Positions 28,667 through 41,260 are shown, counted from the first letter of the stretch. The stretch: DNA of 64,000 nucleotides from Clostridiales bacterium (GCA_016281915.1 JAEEJO010000012.1:30029-94028), one strand, 5' to 3'. Notes: generated from the letters alone by a model not told the origin. Translations and numbers: made by a program.

Positions 28667-29908
28667 ATGGCTGTTCCCGTACCGGAAAAAAGAATCGCAA
28701 GATTTGAAAAATTGGGTTTCGGAATGTTCATTCACTGGGGTCTTTATTCCCAGTTGGGAAAAGGAGAATGGATCCAGGAGATAGGTAAAATACCTAAAGA
28801 AGAATATATCAAGCTGAAAGATACCTTTACGGCGAAGGATTTTTCGGGAAGAGAGATCGCCCGCATAGCCAAAAGAGCCGGAATGAAGTATATAACTCTG
28901 ACTACCCGCCATCACGAGGGTTTTTCTCTTTACGATACGCGCGGACTCAACGACTATGACGCGCCTCATTCGCCCGCAGGCAGAGATCTTATTGCGGATT
29001 TTGTTGAAGGCTGCCGCGCAGAAGGCATCCTGCCGATGTTTTATCACACGACACTTGACTGGTATAACCCTGATTTCAACGGTAATTTCAAGGAATATCT
29101 CAAATATCTCCGCCGTTCGGTGGAAATACTCTGCACCGAATACGGTGAGATCGGCGGCATGTGGTTTGACGGCAACTGGTCAAAACCGAACGAAGACTGG
29201 GAAGAAAACGAGCTGTATTCTCTTATAAGAAAAAATCAGCCTGATGCAATGATAATAAACAATACGGGGCTTGATGCACGCGGAAAGGTCGGAAATCCGT
29301 ATATAGACAGCGTAACGTTCGAACAGGGACGCCCCTCGCCGATGAACAGAGAGGGAATGGAAAAATACGTGGCGGCAGAAATGTGCCAGACGATAAACAT
29401 GCACTGGGGCATAGGCAGTCTCGATTTTGCGTATCAGTCACTGCCGGACCTTATCGAAAATCTCTGCGCGTGCAGAAAAGTGGGCGCAAACTATCTGCTT
29501 AACGTCGGTCCGACAGCCGAAGGAAGAATACTTCCCCTTCAGGCGGAGCTTCTTGCCGGTGTAGGCGACTGGATTAAAATGGCAGGCAACGCCGTATATA
29601 ACGGAAAGCCGTGCGATATTCATGCCGCCGGAAAAGATTTTGTTCTTTATGACGGAGAAAAATACTGGTTTTTCATTCACGATCTTTCGATCCTTTCACA
29701 GGCAAACGTAGTCAAGGGCGTGCAGGGCGTAGGTCCGAGATCGTTTACAAACGTAAAAACACGTTTCGGCTCGATCAGATGGGTGGACAACAACGAAGAG
29801 CTCGATTTTGTTCAGAACACGGACAACGGACTGATGAGCGTAAACTTCACAGGCTATCCTTACGGAACGAATACTGTAGTGAGAGTTGCGGTTGCAGATG
29901 CGATTTAA
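28667..29908 (+). CDS. Alpha-L-fucosidase (GH29)
   Basis: 413 aa with FGMFIHWGLYS, TTRHHEGFSLYD and WFDGNW, all typical of GH29. Confidence 0.85.
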   Translation: MAVPVPEKRIARFEKLGFGMFIHWGLYSQLGKGEWIQEIGKIPKEEYIKLKDTFTAKDFSGREIARIAKRAGMKYITLTTRHHEGFSLYDTRGLNDYDAPHSPAGRDLIADFVEGCRAEGILPMFYHTTLDWYNPDFNGNFKEYLKYLRRSVEILCTEYGEIGGMWFDGNWSKPNEDWEENELYSLIRKNQPDAMIINNTGLDARGKVGNPYIDSVTFEQGRPSPMNREGMEKYVAAEMCQTINMHWGIGSLDFAYQSLPDLIENLCACRKVGANYLLNVGPTAEGRILPLQAELLAGVGDWIKMAGNAVYNGKPCDIHAAGKDFVLYDGEKYWFFIHDLSILSQANVVKGVQGVGPRSFTNVKTRFGSIRWVDNNEELDFVQNTDNGLMSVNFTGYPYGTNTVVRVAVADAI

Positions 29909-30731
29909 GAAGGCTTACGTTGAAATAACGGATATCTGCAATCTTTCCTGCGCGTTCTGTCCCGGGACAAAAAGGAAAAAAGCGATGATGACCGAGGACG
30001 AGTTTTCGCTGGTTTTAAAAAAGCTGCGTCCTTTTACCGATCACATTTACCTTCATATTATGGGGGAACCGCTTTTACACCCGGATCTTCCGGCATTTCT
30101 TGACGTTGCCGCAAAGCAGGATTTCAGAGTTGTGGTCACAACGAACGGGACGCTGCTTGGCGAACGCGGTGAAGCGCTTCTTTCTTGCGCAGCGGTAAAG
30201 AAAGTGAATATTTCCGTTCATTCGTTCGAGGCATCAAAGCAGAGCGTGACGCTGGACGGGTATCTTGAAGGCTGTCTCTCATTTGCGAAAATGGCGGAGG
30301 GCAGAAAGATAATAGCGCTGCGTCTCTGGAACAGCGGAGGCATGGATGAAAAAAACGGCGAAATAATAGATATTATCCGCCGGTTTTTCTCTGATCCGTG
30401 GGAAAAATCCAGAACGGGCGTTTGCATAGGAAAGAATATCTTCATTGAATACGGCGAGAAATTCGACTGGCCGGATATCGAACTGACGACAGAGAACGAA
30501 AAAGTATTCTGCTACGGACTTCGCGATCAGATAGGAGTACTGTGCGACGGCACGGTAGTTCCTTGCTGTCTTGACAAAGACGGCAATCTCGCGCTCGGGA
30601 ATATTTTCAGCGAAAACCTCGAAGATATTCTCGTAAAGCCGCGCGCAAAGGCGATCTACGACGGGTTTTCGAGACGGACCGCCGTTGAAGAACTTTGCAG
30701 AAAATGCGGATACGCAAAAAGATTCGGTTAA
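29898..30731 (+). CDS. Radical SAM protein with a SPASM-like C-terminal Cys cluster
   Basis: CNLSCAFC (CX3CX2C) near the N-terminus. C-terminal cysteines: CDGTVVPCCLDKDGN ... CRKCGY. The ATG at 29898 (or TTG at 29886) overlaps the fucosidase 3' end. Confidence 0.75.
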   Translation: MRFKKAYVEITDICNLSCAFCPGTKRKKAMMTEDEFSLVLKKLRPFTDHIYLHIMGEPLLHPDLPAFLDVAAKQDFRVVVTTNGTLLGERGEALLSCAAVKKVNISVHSFEASKQSVTLDGYLEGCLSFAKMAEGRKIIALRLWNSGGMDEKNGEIIDIIRRFFSDPWEKSRTGVCIGKNIFIEYGEKFDWPDIELTTENEKVFCYGLRDQIGVLCDGTVVPCCLDKDGNLALGNIFSENLEDILVKPRAKAIYDGFSRRTAVEELCRKCGYAKRFG

Positions 30732-30748
30732 GATACAGGGTAAAGCAG

Positions 30749-31402
30749 ATGATAAAACATTTTGATGAAATACACGGACTTAATATTGCAAGACCGGAAG
30801 GGCAGAAACGGTTCGCATATGCCGTTTCGGAATTTGAGGATTTTTACGATCTTTCTCTTATGAAAGACAGCTGCGGATACCGCGGTGCAGTAATCAGGTT
30901 TTACGATTTTCAGACGGGAAAGGTATTTACGCCGTTTGAAAAGGAACGGAACGTTACTTACTCAAAGCCTTTATTTCATGGCGGTCATTTTTATTTTCTT
31001 CAGGGCGATTTCAACAGCCGAAGCATCAGGCTTTATGAATATTTCCCCGAACAGGTATGCAGAACCGTTGCGGTTTTCGATATCGATAAAACAGACCTCT
31101 ACAATCTTTCGCTGTTGGGCGAAGGCATGAACGTTATAAGTCAGAAAGATTATTTCAACTGCTATTATCCCACGAGGATATCGTTCCCGCTCGCTCCAAA
31201 CGAAACGGCGGTCGCCATACGCGAAGGCAAGGTATTTATAGAAGCGTGGCAGGAAGAGGGCTGGGACAGCGAGAAAGACCTCGCATCGGAAGAATACAGG
31301 TTTTACAACAAAGTTATCGTAAAGGACTTTGACGGAAATACCGTATCGGAAGAAACGGGCTCCCTTTTTATATGCGAAGACGGCACGTTGTGGATATCCT
31401 GA
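30749..31402 (+). CDS. Hypothetical protein (217 aa, no recognisable motif)
   Basis: An ORF with protein-like composition, 15 nt downstream of the radical SAM stop. Start set to the ATG at 30749 (MIKHFDEIHG). Confidence 0.5.
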   Translation: MIKHFDEIHGLNIARPEGQKRFAYAVSEFEDFYDLSLMKDSCGYRGAVIRFYDFQTGKVFTPFEKERNVTYSKPLFHGGHFYFLQGDFNSRSIRLYEYFPEQVCRTVAVFDIDKTDLYNLSLLGEGMNVISQKDYFNCYYPTRISFPLAPNETAVAIREGKVFIEAWQEEGWDSEKDLASEEYRFYNKVIVKDFDGNTVSEETGSLFICEDGTLWIS

Positions 31403-31574
31403 TTTATTTTTACGGAAAATACACCGTCACTCTCCCTGTCTGAATCAAAAGCTGCCGCACAGTATTTTGCGATAAAAAAAGACCCTCCCGAACGGCAGGC
31501 CTCATAAAACGGTAAATGTTAAAAAATTGAATAAAGATGAAAAGGGGGGGCTCAGGTCATGCCTTTCATTGTAT

Positions 31575-31614
31575 ACAAAAATGCCCTGTTGTGAGTAAGG
31601 ACCCGCAACAGAGC
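31575..31614 (-). terminator. Probable terminator after the esterase gene
   Basis: On the minus strand, stem GCTCTGTTG/CAACAGGGC (one mismatch) is followed by ATTTTTG. Confidence 0.45.
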
Positions 31615-31695
31615 ATATTATATTTGCGCCGACCCGTTAACAACAGTGCCCGGTTTCAGTATTGCCGTTTTATGTCCACTGCCCTGATCGTTTTT

Positions 31696-32865
31696 TTATT
31701 TGACGGAAAAATCTATTCTGCCGGTGAAAATGTAGTTAGGATCGCAGTTTTTCTCACATGTTTCTACAGCGATCTCTTCGGGACGGTATTCATTGTTTTT
31801 AACAGATACGTTATCTGCTTTTATGATAACCTCGGGTTTTGAAACAAACATTTTTTCGTTATAGTATACCGAAAATTCGGATGCAGTCGCCTTTTCAACG
31901 GTGATAGTGCATTTTTCACGGTCATACGATACAACAAGTTCGCCTGTAGTAACGTCTTTATCCGCGCCAAGCCAGTAGAAGGTATCCGTTTTGCGGAGCG
32001 GAGCCCTCTGCGAAAGGTTCCATACAACTCTGTCAGGATACGGATCTCTCGTCTGCTGAGAAAGGAAGGTTACGGCATTTACGTCTTTTTCTATATACTC
32101 TCTGTCGCCTTCACGAAGCCATGCGGCATTGTTTTTTATAACGGCTCTGGGAGTGAAGGATGAATCGTTGTCTCTGAAATTGTGAGCCTTGTCGAAATGG
32201 ATATTCGCTTCATGGCGATATCCGCCGTATTTTTCCGAAAGGGAGGTAAGGTATTCGTCATATTCCGCGATGAGTTCGTTTCTTCTAAAGAAATAGTCCC
32301 GCTCCCCTGCCTGAATAATAAACGCCATGTTTCTGAGGTTTTCAAGCTTTACGTTGTTGGGACATCCCGCAGACATATTCGCAGCGGCAAATCTGTCCGC
32401 CATTTTCGGCGTAGTTATGTATACGCCGTCTCCGCCTGCCGAAAAGCCCATTATATATACCCTGTTAGGGTCTACGTTGTTAAAAAGGACCATATTTGAT
32501 ATAAGCTCGTCGTAAAGCGGAAAGCTTTCGGGGTTTGCATGAGTATCCCACGTATCGCGAACGCCCCTGCACGCAACATAAACGCCGTTTTTTACGCTGT
32601 CGCGGTAATATATTTTCATATGCTCCCACTGGCTGTCGTTAATATCCGGGGTGTCACTGTGTCCGCCGCCGTGAAGGGCGATATAAAGAGGATATCCGTT
32701 TTTTTCGGGTTCGCCGTTCACGGATATGCCGTAGCGCATTTTTACTTCACCGAAGTGCATTACCTGCTGTTCGGTTTCTTCTATACGTTTTCCGTTTTTT
32801 CTTTCACGTTCGCAAAAATCGTTCCAGACATGTTCGCGAATGAAAGCAGATTCTTTTTCTGTCAT
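31696..32865 (-). CDS. Alpha/beta-hydrolase fold esterase (carbohydrate-esterase-like)
   Basis: 389 aa with an oxyanion-region-like LYIALHGGGHS and nucleophile elbow GFSAGG. Confidence 0.6.
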   Translation of the reverse strand: MTEKESAFIREHVWNDFCERERKNGKRIEETEQQVMHFGEVKMRYGISVNGEPEKNGYPLYIALHGGGHSDTPDINDSQWEHMKIYYRDSVKNGVYVACRGVRDTWDTHANPESFPLYDELISNMVLFNNVDPNRVYIMGFSAGGDGVYITTPKMADRFAAANMSAGCPNNVKLENLRNMAFIIQAGERDYFFRRNELIAEYDEYLTSLSEKYGGYRHEANIHFDKAHNFRDNDSSFTPRAVIKNNAAWLREGDREYIEKDVNAVTFLSQQTRDPYPDRVVWNLSQRAPLRKTDTFYWLGADKDVTTGELVVSYDREKCTITVEKATASEFSVYYNEKMFVSKPEVIIKADNVSVKNNEYRPEEIAVETCEKNCDPNYIFTGRIDFSVK

Positions 32866-32870
32866 TTCAG

Positions 32871-33263
32871 TTACCCTTTCATAGAAAAAAATTCGATTAT
32901 CTCACCGTTGGGTCCCTTGCAGAACGCCAGCCGCGCTGTAAACCCGGGAGTGCCTGCAACAACGGCGGTTTTAGGAGGAGTTGTTATTTCAAAGCCCGCG
33001 TCTTCAACAATTTTTGCGAACGCATCCGGATCGTCTGTATCAAAGGCGAAATGGACGATCGGGCTGTCGGGCGTTTCAACGCCTTTTTCGACCTCGAAAA
33101 GCTCTATACACGAGCCGTCCGCGCATGCATACATTGCACAGCGTCTGCCGTCTCCGCCCCATGCCCTGACCTTTTTCAGGCCCAGAAGCTGAGTGTAAAA
33201 GCGCTCTGTTCCGTTAAAGTCCGCAGTGTTTACCGCGACGTGATGAAATCCGTTTATTTTCAT
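32871..33263 (-). CDS. VOC family protein (glyoxalase/bleomycin-resistance/dioxygenase fold)
   Basis: 130 aa starting INGFHHVAVNTADFNGTERFYT, with paired beta-alpha-beta-beta-beta modules. Confidence 0.8.
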   Translation of the reverse strand: MKINGFHHVAVNTADFNGTERFYTQLLGLKKVRAWGGDGRRCAMYACADGSCIELFEVEKGVETPDSPIVHFAFDTDDPDAFAKIVEDAGFEITTPPKTAVVAGTPGFTARLAFCKGPNGEIIEFFSMKG

Positions 33264-33274
33264 TTCTTTTTCCT

Positions 33275-34003
33275 TTATTCGATGAAGTTGGAGGTTATCA
33301 TATCAACGCCCCATCTGTCAAGTTTTTCGGCGGTTTCGGGATCGTTTACCGTCCAGCAGTTTACCGTAATGCCGTTTTCGTGCATCTTTTTGATATTCTC
33401 TTCGGTGAGCGCCTCAAAATACGGATCGGCATCGAGGTGATTTTCAACGAGAGATGCTATGAGCTCGTCGGTAATTTTTCCGGTTATATACTGTGCGGGA
33501 TGTGTTTTGAGCACCTTGCGGAGACTGATAAGCGAGCTCCATTCTCCGGAAATAAAGATAATTCCGTCAAGATATTCCTCTTTATTTATGATCTCAAGCA
33601 TATCCTCAACATCTTTTACGCTGAAAGCACCTTTCAGTTCAAGAACGCAGACTTTGTTGTAATGCTTGCAGATGCGAACATACTCGTCGAGAGTGGGCAC
33701 AACGAGGTCTGAGCGCTTAAGTCCGTCATTCATATCGCGCATAGTATATGTGCGAAGCTCTTCAAGGGTGATATCGCTGATTTTCACGCTTACTCCCATC
33801 ATGCGGTCGAGTTCTCCGTCGTGAAAAGTGATAAAACTGCCGTCTTTCGTTCTCTGCGTGTCGGTTTCAACGCCGAAATACGATCTCTGTCCGGCAGCTA
33901 TGAACGCAGCGTTTGTGTTTTCGGTTTCAAGACCGCTGACGCCTCTGTGGGCAACCATTCTGGCTTTTGTTTTGTTGATTTTAACTGTGTCTCTCGCAAA
34001 CAT
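33275..34003 (-). CDS. Glycerophosphodiester phosphodiesterase
   Basis: 242 aa with GDPD motifs VAHRGVSGLETENT and FGVETD. Confidence 0.85.
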   Translation of the reverse strand: MFARDTVKINKTKARMVAHRGVSGLETENTNAAFIAAGQRSYFGVETDTQRTKDGSFITFHDGELDRMMGVSVKISDITLEELRTYTMRDMNDGLKRSDLVVPTLDEYVRICKHYNKVCVLELKGAFSVKDVEDMLEIINKEEYLDGIIFISGEWSSLISLRKVLKTHPAQYITGKITDELIASLVENHLDADPYFEALTEENIKKMHENGITVNCWTVNDPETAEKLDRWGVDMITSNFIE

Positions 34004-34038
34004 GATTACTCTCCTTTAATAGGATACATTCTCATTGA

Positions 34039-34067
34039 ATTTTAACACAATAAACAGGTAATGTCAA
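34039..34067 (-). promoter_or_regulatory. Promoter of the GDPD/VOC/esterase unit
   Basis: Minus strand reads TTGACA (34062-34067), 17-nt spacer, TAAAAT (34039-34044). Confidence 0.6.
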
Positions 34068-34096
34068 TACTTATTACCGTTCAGCCAAAACATTTA

Positions 34097-37173
<3,077 letters not shown>

Positions 37174-37186
37174 GCCGATAAACAGT

Positions 37187-37218
37187 AACGGACCCGATCT
37201 TACTCGGGTCCGTTTTTT
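37187..37218 (+). terminator. Rho-independent terminator after the GH2 gene
   Basis: AACGGACCCGA (37187-37197) pairs with TCGGGTCCGTT (37204-37214), followed by TTTT. Confidence 0.75.
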
Positions 37219-37219
37219 A

Positions 37220-37927
37220 TTACTGTCCGTAATATGCGTTTTTGCCGTGCTTTCTGAAATAATGCTTTTCAAGGAGCGTTTGGTCCATGGGGATCATCGG
37301 AATTGTTCGCGAGTTTTCGTCAATCTCCGAAGAAATGACGTTTATTTCGGCAATTTTTTCAAGAACAAGCGCGTTTTCGACCGCTATTTTCGGATTCTCG
37401 CCCCATGTAAAGGGCGCGTGCATCGCCACGAGAGCGGCAGGACAGTCAAGAGGATCGATACCGCCTTCTTGGATCGCTTCGACTATCACTTTTCCGGTGT
37501 TTTTCTCGTATTCGTCCTTTATTTCCTTTTCGGTCAGCTTTCTCGTTACGGGCACGGCTCCGTAAAAGCAGTCCGCATGAGTAGTGCCGAGGGGAATTAT
37601 CTTTTTCATCGACTGTGAAAAAGCGGTGGCATACGTTGAATGGGCGTGAGCAACGCCGCCGATATTCGGAAAAGCTTTGTAAAGCTCGATATGTGTTGGA
37701 GTATCGGAACTCGGGCGCAGGTCGCCTTCAACGATACGTCCTTCAAGGTCGACCACCACCATATCGTCAGCCTTCAGTTCGGAATAGTCAACACCGGAAG
37801 GTTTTATCACAACAAGTCCCGTTTCTCTGTCTATTCCGCTCACGTTGCCCCACGTAAGTATGACAAGACCGTATTCGACGAGCAGTAAATTCGCTTTTAA
37901 TACTTCGTTTTTCAGCTCTTCAAGCAT
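37220..37927 (-). CDS. araD: L-ribulose-5-phosphate 4-epimerase (class II aldolase fold)
   Basis: 235 aa with TWGNVSGIDRE, IKPSGVDY, SSDTPTHIELY and HAHSTYAT. The ATG is 2 nt after the stop of lipoprotein A. Confidence 0.88.
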   Translation of the reverse strand: MLEELKNEVLKANLLLVEYGLVILTWGNVSGIDRETGLVVIKPSGVDYSELKADDMVVVDLEGRIVEGDLRPSSDTPTHIELYKAFPNIGGVAHAHSTYATAFSQSMKKIIPLGTTHADCFYGAVPVTRKLTEKEIKDEYEKNTGKVIVEAIQEGGIDPLDCPAALVAMHAPFTWGENPKIAVENALVLEKIAEINVISSEIDENSRTIPMIPMDQTLLEKHYFRKHGKNAYYGQ

Positions 37928-37929
37928 TT

Positions 37930-39339
37930 TTATTCGCCCCAGACAGCAGCGATACCGTTCATTGCGGGGATCGCGTATTCCTGCATTCTTTCGTTGATAA
38001 CATCGGCGTTGGATTCGAGGTATTCGGAAACGGACGTTGAAGCTCTCATCCAGTTATGCATAAAATCATACATGGGACTGTAATGAAAGTAGTTGTATAC
38101 GGAATTGAAATACATCTGATAAAATATCTCGGAGTCTCTTTTATCGTAAAAATAGTTTTTCGACATAAGCTCTATTACGGAATCGAGAGTGGGATATTCT
38201 TCAAACGGCTCATAAAGCTCGTTTATTGCCATTGCGCTCGCTTCGGGGAACTGTGAGAGTTTCGAAAACGCTATACATCTTTCAATATTGCCGTGCTGAC
38301 CTACGATATAGCCGGGTTCAACGTCCGGACCGGACGGCCAGCAGACAAGACCGAAATTGTCCATTTCTTTCGCTATTCTGCCTCTTATGCCTATAATGTC
38401 ATCGGTACCGAGAGGTCCGAGAACGGTCCTCTCGCTGATAAGAAAATCAACCGCGTTGGCAGAGCCGTTTATTGCGGCGGCGTTGGGTCCGAAATAAATA
38501 TCTATTCCTTTTTGCATCGCTTTTCTGGCAGCTTCGGAATAAAAACCGCAGACGTAGTTGCCGGACGCGTCCTTTTCAACGTAATGAGATCCGTTTGAAA
38601 GCAGGAACATAACTCCGAAGGTCGCCGGGCTTGACGTGAGAGAATAATACTTTACTTCGCTGCCCTCGGTAACAAAATAGTCGGCAAGGCACTGGTCGAA
38701 AGTATCCCATGTCCACTGTCCGTTCTCAAACAGGTCTCTCGGATCTGTAAAGCCCATGGCGGTTATTATATTTTCGTTTATTACGATCGGACTGCCGTAT
38801 GAAACGGAAATTTCGGGCCAAAGAAGAGGAACTACGCCGTATAGGTCGTCTTCATAATAAACGACTTCGAGCATACTTCTGTATCCCCATTTTTCCTCGT
38901 TGCGGAAATCGATATAGTCCTCAAGCTCCGAAAGGCCTACAAGCATACCTATTCTCGCGGTATCCGCCCACATATCGGAAATTCCGGAAATAACGTCGCA
39001 CACGAAAATGCCGGCTGCGGAAGTAGTAACGAATTCTGCGCTCGGATGAAAGCCGTTATCATAATTGATCGTAAGTTTGCAGTTCAGTTTTTCCTGCGTA
39101 TCTTTAATACGTTTTGCGGCAAGGTCGCCGAACTGAGAGTCTACCTCATAGCCGAGAATGGTAGACGTTATGCTTGAATTGACCACGACTTTATATATTA
39201 TTTCAAGACCCGAGAGGTCTATGCTGCCGGTGTCTTTATCGAATTCTTCGTCAAAAACCTCTGTTTCGGCGGTTCCGCATGCCGTTGCGATCATTGATAT
39301 AATAAAGGCAAGAATAAGAAGTTTAGCGATTTTTCTCAT
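37930..39339 (-). CDS. Solute-binding-protein-like lipoprotein, paralog A (family of six)
   Basis: 469 aa with signal peptide and lipobox IATAC|G. Long blocks are shared with 39423-40838, e.g. NEEKWGYR.MLEVVYYEDDLYG.VPLLWPEISVSY. The hinge-like DPRDLFENGQWTWDTF resembles the P.TWDEF motif of sugar SBPs. Confidence 0.7.
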   Translation of the reverse strand: MRKIAKLLILAFIISMIATACGTAETEVFDEEFDKDTGSIDLSGLEIIYKVVVNSSITSTILGYEVDSQFGDLAAKRIKDTQEKLNCKLTINYDNGFHPSAEFVTTSAAGIFVCDVISGISDMWADTARIGMLVGLSELEDYIDFRNEEKWGYRSMLEVVYYEDDLYGVVPLLWPEISVSYGSPIVINENIITAMGFTDPRDLFENGQWTWDTFDQCLADYFVTEGSEVKYYSLTSSPATFGVMFLLSNGSHYVEKDASGNYVCGFYSEAARKAMQKGIDIYFGPNAAAINGSANAVDFLISERTVLGPLGTDDIIGIRGRIAKEMDNFGLVCWPSGPDVEPGYIVGQHGNIERCIAFSKLSQFPEASAMAINELYEPFEEYPTLDSVIELMSKNYFYDKRDSEIFYQMYFNSVYNYFHYSPMYDFMHNWMRASTSVSEYLESNADVINERMQEYAIPAMNGIAAVWGE

Positions 39340-39357
39340 ATTTTACCCTTTTTTTTC

Positions 39358-39386
39358 ATTATAACATAATAACGGAGATTTGTCAA
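39358..39386 (-). promoter_or_regulatory. Promoter of paralog A-araD
   Basis: Minus strand reads TTGACA (39381-39386), 17-nt spacer, TATAAT (39358-39363), 19 nt upstream of the start codon. Confidence 0.7.
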
Positions 39387-39422
39387 TAGTTCGATCTCTC
39401 CGGAAAACGGGCGTAATTCGGC

Positions 39423-40838
39423 TTATTCGCCCCATAATGCGTCTATTCCGCGCATAGTCGGAAGGACATATTCGTCTATTTTTTGCTGTATCATATCCCT
39501 TGCGCCTTCGATATATTCCGCAGGGGTTTTGTTTGAGCTGAACCATTCATGCATATAGCCGTACATACCGTTGTAGTGGAAATAATTATATACGGAGTTG
39601 AAATACATTTTATAGAAAATCTCAGAGTCGCGTTTATCAAAGAAATAGTTGCGCGTCATAAGCTCTATTATCGAATCAATAGTTTCATATCCCTCAAACG
39701 GTTCGTAAACGGCGTTTATTATCGTTGCAGCGACTTCGGGATGAGCTGACATTCTTGAAAACGCTATGCATCTTTCGATGTTGCCGTGGTGACCTGCCGC
39801 GTAACCGGGCTCAACGTCGGGTCCGTTCGGCCATGAAAGAATGCCGAAATTATCCATTTCCTTTGCGATCCTTCCGGTAATGCCTATGATATTATCCGAA
39901 TTGACTGCGCCGAGGACTGTTGTGCCGGATATAAGCATCTGGAGCGGGTCGCCGGTCATATTGACCGTTTTTCCGTTCGGACCGTCAAAAATACGTCTTG
40001 CAGCCTCCATTGCCTTTACTCCGTTTGGCGTAAAGAAGCCCGGGATATATTTGCCCGACGCATCCTTTTCGGCAAAATGAGATCCGTTAGACAGGATAAA
40101 CATATTGCCTATCGTATCTCTGCTTGCGGTGAGAGAATACTGCTTTACTTCCCCGCCCTCTTCGATATAATACTGTCCGAGACATTCGTCAAAGGTGTCC
40201 CAGTTCCACTGTCCGTTTTCAAGAAGATCCCTCGGGTCCGCAACGCCCAGCGAAGAAAGCAGGTTTTCATTCACTACAAGCGGAGAGCTGTAAGATACGG
40301 ATATTTCGGGCCAGAGCAGCGGAACAAGTCCGTAAAGGTCGTCTTCGTAATAAACGACTTCAAGCATATTTCTGTAGCCCCATTTTTCCTCGTTGCGGTA
40401 GTCTATATAACCTTCAAGCTCTGTCATACCTATTACCATGCCGATCCTTGCAACATCCGCCCACATATCCGAAGTGCCTGAAATAACGTCGCACATAAAC
40501 ACTCCCGAAGCAGACGTAGCAACGAATGCGCGGCAGGATACGCCGTTGTTCACGTATTTCAGGTTGATCGAGCAGTTGTAATCGTTTTGTATATCCTTGA
40601 TTCGCTGCGATGCAAGATCGCCGAAGGTAGTATCAAGCTCATAACCGAGACAGTTAGGCACTGCAAGAGCACTTTCCGTAAGACCTATCTCGTAAACGAT
40701 GCCAACGCCTTCAAGATCCATTTTATCGTTTTTCATTTCATAATTCAGATCAAAGCTTTCCTGATCTTCTGTTCCGCACGCGCCGAGCGCCACGGAAGCA
40801 AGAATAAGAACTGCAAGCAGCAACGAAACTCTTTTCAT
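39423..40838 (-). CDS. Solute-binding-protein-like lipoprotein, paralog B
   Basis: 471 aa with lipobox ALGAC|G. Closest paralog of A, with most blocks identical by eye. Confidence 0.7.
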   Translation of the reverse strand: MKRVSLLLAVLILASVALGACGTEDQESFDLNYEMKNDKMDLEGVGIVYEIGLTESALAVPNCLGYELDTTFGDLASQRIKDIQNDYNCSINLKYVNNGVSCRAFVATSASGVFMCDVISGTSDMWADVARIGMVIGMTELEGYIDYRNEEKWGYRNMLEVVYYEDDLYGLVPLLWPEISVSYSSPLVVNENLLSSLGVADPRDLLENGQWNWDTFDECLGQYYIEEGGEVKQYSLTASRDTIGNMFILSNGSHFAEKDASGKYIPGFFTPNGVKAMEAARRIFDGPNGKTVNMTGDPLQMLISGTTVLGAVNSDNIIGITGRIAKEMDNFGILSWPNGPDVEPGYAAGHHGNIERCIAFSRMSAHPEVAATIINAVYEPFEGYETIDSIIELMTRNYFFDKRDSEIFYKMYFNSVYNYFHYNGMYGYMHEWFSSNKTPAEYIEGARDMIQQKIDEYVLPTMRGIDALWGE

Positions 40839-40869
40839 AATTATCTACCTCTCTTTTATCGGTAATTTT

Positions 40870-40898
40870 ACTATATCATAAATCGGCCTTTTTGTCAA
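40870..40898 (-). promoter_or_regulatory. Promoter of paralog B
   Basis: Minus strand reads TTGACA (40893-40898), 17-nt spacer, TATAGT (40870-40875). Confidence 0.65.
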
Positions 40899-41260
40899 TA
40901 AAAAACCATCAGCGATTAACCGAAAAAACCGTTCTGCCGTCACACTGTCAGTCCCCGTAGGTCTGAAGCCCGCCTCCGTGGCTTTTCATAATGTCTCTTC
41001 CTTCCTTGTCAGGCTGCTTTCCGCTCTTTTTATGACCGAAATACAAACAGATTCCAAAACATAACGCCCCTGGACCATATCGATCCGGAGGCGTTTTTGT
41101 TATTTCTGTTCTTATGGCAGATCTTCGGCGGAATTTCAGGGAAGAGCTGACCGATCTTCTCTGCGTCGCAGCCTGCGCCTGAAACAATCTTTTCCGTCTG
41201 TCTGTCTAACTGCTTTCACGTTTTTGGATCAGATAAGTCCCGTATATGAGTATTCACGGC

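Noticed and set aside
28493-29047. 184-aa minus-strand ORF overlapping the fucosidase 5' region and its promoter.
   Set aside because: It is antisense to a well-supported GH29 gene, spans two promoters, has an odd composition and has no RBS.
40948-41187. 79-aa minus-strand ORF in the spacer between paralogs C and B.
   Set aside because: It has Arg/Ser/Gly-rich low-complexity composition, no RBS at its start and no recognisable domain. Only its last 13 codons have an RBS-like element, which is noted as speculative in the findings.
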